DNA of 64,000 nucleotides, taken from positions 192,001 through 256,000 of the forward strand of contig CAXXJV010000002.1 in the NCBI GenBank assembly GCA_963663475.2, in the 5' to 3' direction. A model generated the notes under the pieces. It worked only from the letters and a program-made list of their open reading frames with translations, was not told the origin of the DNA and did not search any database. Below are positions 58,124 to 64,000 of this stretch, one piece after another (the stretch's first letter is position 1; each line of letters begins with the position of its first letter). Origin of the DNA: Candidatus Cloacimonadales bacterium. Its GTDB lineage: Bacteria; Cloacimonadota; Cloacimonadia; Cloacimonadales; JAFGVF01. Position numbers and translations under genes: made by a program.

Positions 58124-59263
58124 ATGAAAGAATATAATTTCAGTGATAGAATTGAAGATACGGAAGTCAAGAGAGTTTATAAAGTTGTTAAAAATCATAA
58201 AGAACTAACAAAAGTAATTGATGAAATGCCAATTTGGATTTTAATTCTCAATAAAACTAGGCAAGCAGTATATTATAACAAAAAGTTATCAGATGATTTG
58301 CAAGTTAAAGATAAATGGGATGTTCTTGGTTTAAGACCTGGGGAGCTCTTCTCTTGTCAACATGCATGGGCTGATCAGGCTGGATGTGGTAATTCTGAAT
58401 TCTGTAAATATTGTGGAGCAGTAAAATCTATTCGTAATTCTCATTTTGGTAAAAAAGATGTTCAAGAATGTAGATTGTTAATAAATAATAATAAGCAAAT
58501 CAATGCAATGGATTTAGAAGTTTCTTCATCTCCCTTAGTCTTGGATTCTGAAGAACTCACCCTATTCTCAATCTTAGATATATCTGCTTTAAACAAGTCC
58601 CTATACATTGAAAAGACCTTCTTACACGATATTAGAAATACTGCTGCTGCTATAGTCTCCAATGCAGATTTAATAAGCCTTGAAGAAGATCCTGAAATTA
58701 AAGATGAACTGCTAAAATTATTAACTCCAACAGCTCATCAACTAATAGAAGAAATAGCAGCTCAACAGGAAATTAGAAGTGCTGATCTAGGTGAATGGAA
58801 ACCTGCTAATAAAACCGTTGAAAGTAGAGAGGTAGTTGATAAAGTAATTGATACATGTAAGCATTATATTATAGACTCTGATATTAAAATTGTTAAATCA
58901 ATCGAATCTTTTTCACTTAAAACTGAAGAAATATTACTGAAGAGAGTATTAATAAATATGCTCAAGAATGCTATAGAAGCATCAAAAGATGGGGATATTA
59001 TTACTATCCAAGGGAAGAATTTAAATGATGTCTCAGTAATTTTTTCTGTCCATAATCCTAAGTATATTCCTGATGATATAAGACTTCAACTCTTTCATCG
59101 CACCTTTTCCACCAAAGGAAATAATCGCGGTTTGGGAACATATAGCATAAAAATGATAACAGAAAACTATCTTAATGGAGAAGTTAGCATTCATTCAGAT
59201 AAGATACACGGAAGCGTATTTTCAATAACTATTCCCAAAGATAATCAATCTGAAAATGATTAG
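58124..59263 (+). CDS. Cytoplasmic histidine kinase with Cys-rich PAS-like sensor
   Basis: RPGELFSC...GCG...CKYC...ECR; H-box FLHDIRN; NMLKNA, FSTKG and GLGTY; no TM helix. Confidence 0.88.
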   Translation: MKEYNFSDRIEDTEVKRVYKVVKNHKELTKVIDEMPIWILILNKTRQAVYYNKKLSDDLQVKDKWDVLGLRPGELFSCQHAWADQAGCGNSEFCKYCGAVKSIRNSHFGKKDVQECRLLINNNKQINAMDLEVSSSPLVLDSEELTLFSILDISALNKSLYIEKTFLHDIRNTAAAIVSNADLISLEEDPEIKDELLKLLTPTAHQLIEEIAAQQEIRSADLGEWKPANKTVESREVVDKVIDTCKHYIIDSDIKIVKSIESFSLKTEEILLKRVLINMLKNAIEASKDGDIITIQGKNLNDVSVIFSVHNPKYIPDDIRLQLFHRTFSTKGNNRGLGTYSIKMITENYLNGEVSIHSDKIHGSVFSITIPKDNQSEND

Positions 59264-62200
59264 TTTTTCTGCTCAAGTAGCATCTTAGATATTACTTTTG
59301 AGATATCTTCGACATAAGGGTATTTCAATACAGTTGTATGGGAACCTTTCACTGAATAATAATTAATTTTATTTACCATCCCTGACCAACCATATTTAGG
59401 GTCAGGGATTAATCCTTCTAGAGCTTGTTCAGCTAAAAAGAGATTAATTTCACCTGCTAAATCAGACATTGTATGATTATTCAATGCATCAATATTATAG
59501 CGATATATTCTTTTAAGTTTATCTATTTCTTCTTGAGATTTCCCTCCTAAGCTTTCTGTTATATTCTCAATAAAATCTTCTTCTAAAACTTTATGAATAT
59601 TAGAGAAGTTACTCAGTTTAGTATGGAGATAAGACTTCCAGAATTCTGGTCCTAAAATCACAGCATTAAATAACCTTCTCAATTGGTAGGTAATCTTTCT
59701 AAGTTTAGTATTTGGTCTGCCCCAAGTCTCTATTAAATAAAGGTTAACTTGAGTCTTGCCTCTCTTCTTTAGTTCATTTCCGATTTCATAGGCTAGAATA
59801 CCACCATAACACCATCCTCCTATATAGTAGGGACCAGTTTTTTGGATTTTTAAAATCTCAGCAGTATATTTTTCTACCATATCTTTAAAACAAGTATGGC
59901 ATTCAGCAGAGCTTAAGCCTTGAGATTGGATTCCATAAACTGGTATCTTATTGTCTAAGGAGTGAATTAGGTTCACATAGCCAAGAACATCTCCAGGAGT
60001 AGTGTGGGTTAGGAAAAGAGGTTTGTAATTTTTATCTCCACTCTGCAGAGGTGTAATTATGGAAAAATCAGCTTGTTTTTCTTCTTGTAGATAGCGAGAT
60101 AAGTCTCTCACTGTAGAATGCTGATAGAGTGATGAAGAGTTTATCTTCATATTTAAAGCTTTTTCTAAAGATACAATGAGCTCGATAGCTTTAAGAGAAT
60201 CACCTCCTTCTTTAAAAAAGTTATCATCAGGTTTAATTTGTTTACCTAAAACTTGTCTAAAGAGGGGAAGTATTTTGAGTTCATATAAGTTATAAGCTTG
60301 GACATTTACTTGCTTTTCTTGGATTTTAGGTTCAGGAAGTAAGGACTTATTAATTTTTCCATTAGGGTTTAAAGGAAGTTTATCAATTCTAATAAACTCA
60401 CTTGGCAACATATATTCTGGAAGATATTCTTTGGCAATAGCTCTTAAATTATCCTTGTCCATATCACTATTACTTAGGTAATAGAGGTAGATTTGACGGT
60501 GGTTTTCTTGACCTCTAATGTCTGCAAAAACAGTTTTTAAGGAAGTTCTTTGCATAAAAGTATTTTCAATTTCTGATAATTCAATACGGTAGCCATTCAG
60601 CTTTATTTGATCATCATCTCTTCCTAAGAATTTTATTTTGCCTGATTTATAAAAGAGACCTAAATCACCAGTAGCATATATTCTACCATATTCAGAAGTC
60701 TCAATAAACTTCTCATTTGTAAGTTTAGGGTTAGCAAAATAGCCTGGAGTAAGGCCAAAACCTCCAATATAGATTGATCCACTAAGGCCTATTGGTCTAG
60801 GTTTAAGGAACTTATCTAAGATATGGATAGAAGTATTTGGCATAGGTTTTCCGATTGTATCATCAATTCCCTCATCAATAGTAGCAATGATAGTAGCTTC
60901 AGTTGGACCGTAAGTATTGAAGATTTTCGTATGTTTAGGTCCATGTTCTTGCCAGAAGGAATAGATATCTTGCGAGGCTTTTTCTCCACCAATGACAAGA
61001 GTTTTTACTTTATCTGAGAAAGTATTTTGAGTTAAGGATTTGGTGATTTGCTGCCAAAAAGCTGTAGGAAGATTCACTATAGTTATTTTTTTAGATGCGA
61101 TAAAATCTAAGAATTGAGAAGCAGATTTATTGATTTCTTCATCTCTAAGGACAAGGCTAGCTCCAGCCAAGAGAGTAGGGAAAATCTCTTCCACCGAGAT
61201 GTCAAAACTTATGGAAGCGAATTGCATAACCCTGTCAATGCTTGTGATATCATATCTATCTTTAACAATGAGATTATGGTTGATTAGGTTAAAATGACTT
61301 ACTGTAACGCCTTTAGGCTTGCCAGTAGTGCCAGAAGTGTAGATAATATAGGCTAAGTCTTGCGGATTTATTTTTATCTCATTTTTGTTATTTGACAGGT
61401 ATTTCTGGTAATTAGTCACTGATAAAAAGTCTAAATTTTCCAAGGAAGAATAAGATAAATCAGAGAAAATAGTTTTACATTTAGAATTTTCGATTATATG
61501 TTTAATTCTTTCATGGGGATAATCAGGGTCAATAGGCAGATAGGCATTTCCACTTTTGAGAATTGCTAAGATAATAATTATCATTTCTAGGCATCTATCA
61601 GTTGAAATAGCGATGAAATGTCCTTGTCCATATTCATTGAAGAGGTAGTTAGCTAAATCATCAGAAATTTCATCAAGATGCTTGTAAGTGATGTGTTTAT
61701 CAGCATGTTCTACTGCAATATTATCTGGGTATTTACTTACCGAATCTTTGAATAAATCAATATAAGAAACATTTTTTGGTAAAGGTAATTTTACAGAATT
61801 CCATTGCTTAATTAGGGATAAATCAGTCTCATTGATAAGTAATATATCCTTTAGAGGTAAATGATCTTGGAGATTAGATTTGAAGGTTGAATAAAGAAGA
61901 TTATCTTCAATAACTTCATAATTAGTAAGGATTTTAGCAAGATAAGCAAGGTCTGGGAATCGATAGAAAATACTTTTTAATAAGGATTTATGTTTTTTGA
62001 TTCTTGAAATACTTTTCTGAATATTTGTGATATTTTCTTGAAGAGATAACTTGAAATCTACTTTAATATTAAGCAGGAGTTTATTCATCAGAAGTGGATT
62101 ATTGTTTTTATAAGTAATTGCAAGAGAGAAATTAGATTGGGTATAAAGACGAGCAATAAAGCAAATGTAAGTTGCTAAGTCTGGATTATCAAAGTCCAAA

Positions 62201-64000
62201 TTATCAGAATTACTTACTTTATTATATTTGCCATTAAGGTCTTCTAAAGCTTGGTATTTAGCAAATTGTTTAAGCCAAAAGGCCTGATTTTTGATAGCAT
62301 CTTTATAAGATGCCAAATCTTCTAAAGTAGGTGGTTGCCAAGACTTCTCATCTCTTAGATCATGTAAGTTAATTTCTTGACCTGTAAGATTATAAAGTTT
62401 ATTAGCTATGATTAATCCATCTTTTAGATTTATCTCACAAGTTGATTGGCTAATGCTGAGATTTTTTGCATCACTAGTAGAGTTGCGCTTAAATTGAGCT
62501 TGTCCAATATGATAAAATTCATTAGCAATTTTGATTTTAAGACTTGCCACAGGGTTTTCAGTATCACCAAAAATACTAGCTCTGTATAAATTATCAGCTT
62601 GATCAATGCCTGTATCTGCTAGTAAAGAACAAGAATAATCAGGTCTATAGTCAGCGGGGAAATAAGTTCTTTTGCTTAAGTCTTGTGGATAAGTTTGCAA
62701 ATCATTATCATTAATAGAATCAAGTAAAGATGAAAAGGCATCTAGTGCTGCTTCATAGCATTTCATATTCAAAGAAAGAGAAGTATCTTCTTTGTTAACT
62801 TCTACTTGCTTTTGAATTAGTATCTGTCCAGTATCAATACCTTGGTCTACTTGATGCCAGGTAATACCGTGGTTTGTCTCATTATTTATAATAGCCCAAT
62901 AAGTAGCATAAAGTCCAGCATATTTAGGAAGTAAGGAATCATGATAATTAATAGCTTTCTTAATTGGACTAGCTAGAATCTCTTCATCTAAGACAATACT
63001 ATTGACAATACTAAAAAGGTAGTCATAAGGGTACTTCTTTAATATTTCTTTGATTTGATTCTTGGTTAAATCAAGAGAATAGATTCCTTGGCTTATAGCC
63101 CAGTCTCTAACTTGCTTATTTGGTGAAAATATTCCATAAATGTGAAAACCTTTGGCAATAAGTAATTGGGCAGATTTAATGCCCAGACTTGTCTCAGTTA
63201 AGATAAAGCAAGTATTTTTATTAGCTGTTACAGTAGGAGGATTCAAGTTATCAAGTAAATCTAAAAATCTCTCTTTTACTTCCTGGATTAGTGATTCTTG
63301 ATAGAAATCGGTATTATATTCTAACCAGAACTCCATTCCTGTTTGGATTTCTTCAGCATTTAAGATGATATCAGTTTTAGAAGTATTAGCCCCGATTTCT
63401 TTTTCTGATTTGATGATAGAATTTTCATCTGTTCCATGCCAATTTTGCATAACAAAAATAGCTTGATAGAGAGGAGTTTTAGATTTATCTATAGGTAGGT
63501 TAAAACTTTTAACTACATCTCCAAATGGTTGAGAACTATGGTCTAGGGCTGCCATAACTTGCTTGTGAATTTCAGTTATGATATCTTTAAAGGATTTATT
63601 AAAAAGCATAGCTCTTACAATAACCATGTTAGTATAATAACCTATTAATTGCTCTTCAATCTTACTTTTTCTTCCAGCAAATGGGAAGGCAACTGTGATA
63701 TCACTTCTTTGGGATTTTTCGGCAAGAACTATTTGATATATTGCTAGAAGAAGTGAGAAGAGAGAAACTGAGTTTGCTTGAGCAAACTTACTAATCTTTT
63801 CTAAGTGAATATTATCAATCTTAAACCAAATTCTCTTACCTTTAGGACTAAGATACTTATGCTTTATTCTATCTGGAATAAGGGCTAGGTCTGGAGAGAA
63901 GGGTTTAAGGACTTTATGCCAGTAGTCTTGATCTGTCTCATAGCTATTTGCCTTATCTTGTAGCCATTGGGCATAGTCTATATTCTCTACTTTTGCTTTT
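59260..64000 (-). CDS. Non-ribosomal peptide synthetase, 3' part: C - formyltransferase - A - PCP - TE (5' end outside window)
   Basis: The frame is open from the window edge (KAKVENIDYAQWL...YW...FAGR...IGYYTNMV, a C domain). It continues through F (NYHDSLLPKYAG, GIDTG), A (YTSGTTGKPKG, YGPTE, TGDL, NGK), PCP (FF..GGDSL) and TE (GWCYG, GSH). Confidence 0.95.
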   Translation of the reverse strand, partial: KAKVENIDYAQWLQDKANSYETDQDYWHKVLKPFSPDLALIPDRIKHKYLSPKGKRIWFKIDNIHLEKISKFAQANSVSLFSLLLAIYQIVLAEKSQRSDITVAFPFAGRKSKIEEQLIGYYTNMVIVRAMLFNKSFKDIITEIHKQVMAALDHSSQPFGDVVKSFNLPIDKSKTPLYQAIFVMQNWHGTDENSIIKSEKEIGANTSKTDIILNAEEIQTGMEFWLEYNTDFYQESLIQEVKERFLDLLDNLNPPTVTANKNTCFILTETSLGIKSAQLLIAKGFHIYGIFSPNKQVRDWAISQGIYSLDLTKNQIKEILKKYPYDYLFSIVNSIVLDEEILASPIKKAINYHDSLLPKYAGLYATYWAIINNETNHGITWHQVDQGIDTGQILIQKQVEVNKEDTSLSLNMKCYEAALDAFSSLLDSINDNDLQTYPQDLSKRTYFPADYRPDYSCSLLADTGIDQADNLYRASIFGDTENPVASLKIKIANEFYHIGQAQFKRNSTSDAKNLSISQSTCEINLKDGLIIANKLYNLTGQEINLHDLRDEKSWQPPTLEDLASYKDAIKNQAFWLKQFAKYQALEDLNGKYNKVSNSDNLDFDNPDLATYICFIARLYTQSNFSLAITYKNNNPLLMNKLLLNIKVDFKLSLQENITNIQKSISRIKKHKSLLKSIFYRFPDLAYLAKILTNYEVIEDNLLYSTFKSNLQDHLPLKDILLINETDLSLIKQWNSVKLPLPKNVSYIDLFKDSVSKYPDNIAVEHADKHITYKHLDEISDDLANYLFNEYGQGHFIAISTDRCLEMIIIILAILKSGNAYLPIDPDYPHERIKHIIENSKCKTIFSDLSYSSLENLDFLSVTNYQKYLSNNKNEIKINPQDLAYIIYTSGTTGKPKGVTVSHFNLINHNLIVKDRYDITSIDRVMQFASISFDISVEEIFPTLLAGASLVLRDEEINKSASQFLDFIASKKITIVNLPTAFWQQITKSLTQNTFSDKVKTLVIGGEKASQDIYSFWQEHGPKHTKIFNTYGPTEATIIATIDEGIDDTIGKPMPNTSIHILDKFLKPRPIGLSGSIYIGGFGLTPGYFANPKLTNEKFIETSEYGRIYATGDLGLFYKSGKIKFLGRDDDQIKLNGYRIELSEIENTFMQRTSLKTVFADIRGQENHRQIYLYYLSNSDMDKDNLRAIAKEYLPEYMLPSEFIRIDKLPLNPNGKINKSLLPEPKIQEKQVNVQAYNLYELKILPLFRQVLGKQIKPDDNFFKEGGDSLKAIELIVSLEKALNMKINSSSLYQHSTVRDLSRYLQEEKQADFSIITPLQSGDKNYKPLFLTHTTPGDVLGYVNLIHSLDNKIPVYGIQSQGLSSAECHTCFKDMVEKYTAEILKIQKTGPYYIGGWCYGGILAYEIGNELKKRGKTQVNLYLIETWGRPNTKLRKITYQLRRLFNAVILGPEFWKSYLHTKLSNFSNIHKVLEEDFIENITESLGGKSQEEIDKLKRIYRYNIDALNNHTMSDLAGEINLFLAEQALEGLIPDPKYGWSGMVNKINYYSVKGSHTTVLKYPYVEDISKVISKMLLEQKN

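Noticed and set aside
2072-61017. Remaining short ORFs nested in or antisense to long genes (e.g. 2902-3159, 4752-5123, 23337-25052, 46140-46346, 60816-61017)
   Set aside because: They are shadow frames of well-supported genes.
63625-63627. ATG at 63627 as the NRPS start
   Set aside because: The frame stays open and encodes condensation-domain sequence up to the window edge.

Overview
AT-rich bacterial chromosomal window from a diderm, probably anaerobic organism (kdsA/kdsC/lptC/lptA, class III RNR, feoB). The mix of a Firmicutes-style rimP-nusA-ylxR-ylxQ-infB-rbfA-nrnA-truB-ribF operon, a gingipain-like C25 protein and T9SS-like/FlgD C-terminal tags suggests Ca. Cloacimonadota; this is an inference, not verified. 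Most of the window is housekeeping and envelope genes, with no rRNA, tRNA, CRISPR array or transposase recognised. Highlights: (1) the 3' end of an NRPS that runs off the right edge, with an unusual C-formyltransferase-A-PCP-TE module whose TE has Cys instead of Ser, converging on an Sfp-type PPTase plus a Cys-rich histidine kinase; (2) a sigma54 promoter with a twin palindromic enhancer upstream of a PDZ/outer-membrane-barrel gene, next to a DUF4390-NtrY-NtrX-like system; (3) about a dozen copies of a TTAA-bounded modular palindromic intergenic element with compensatory arm changes, plus two other palindromic repeat families; (4) a C25 protease homologue with Trp at the catalytic-His position; (5) a TsaC/Sua5-LMW phosphatase fusion. 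All calls come from reading motifs by eye; no database searches were run.
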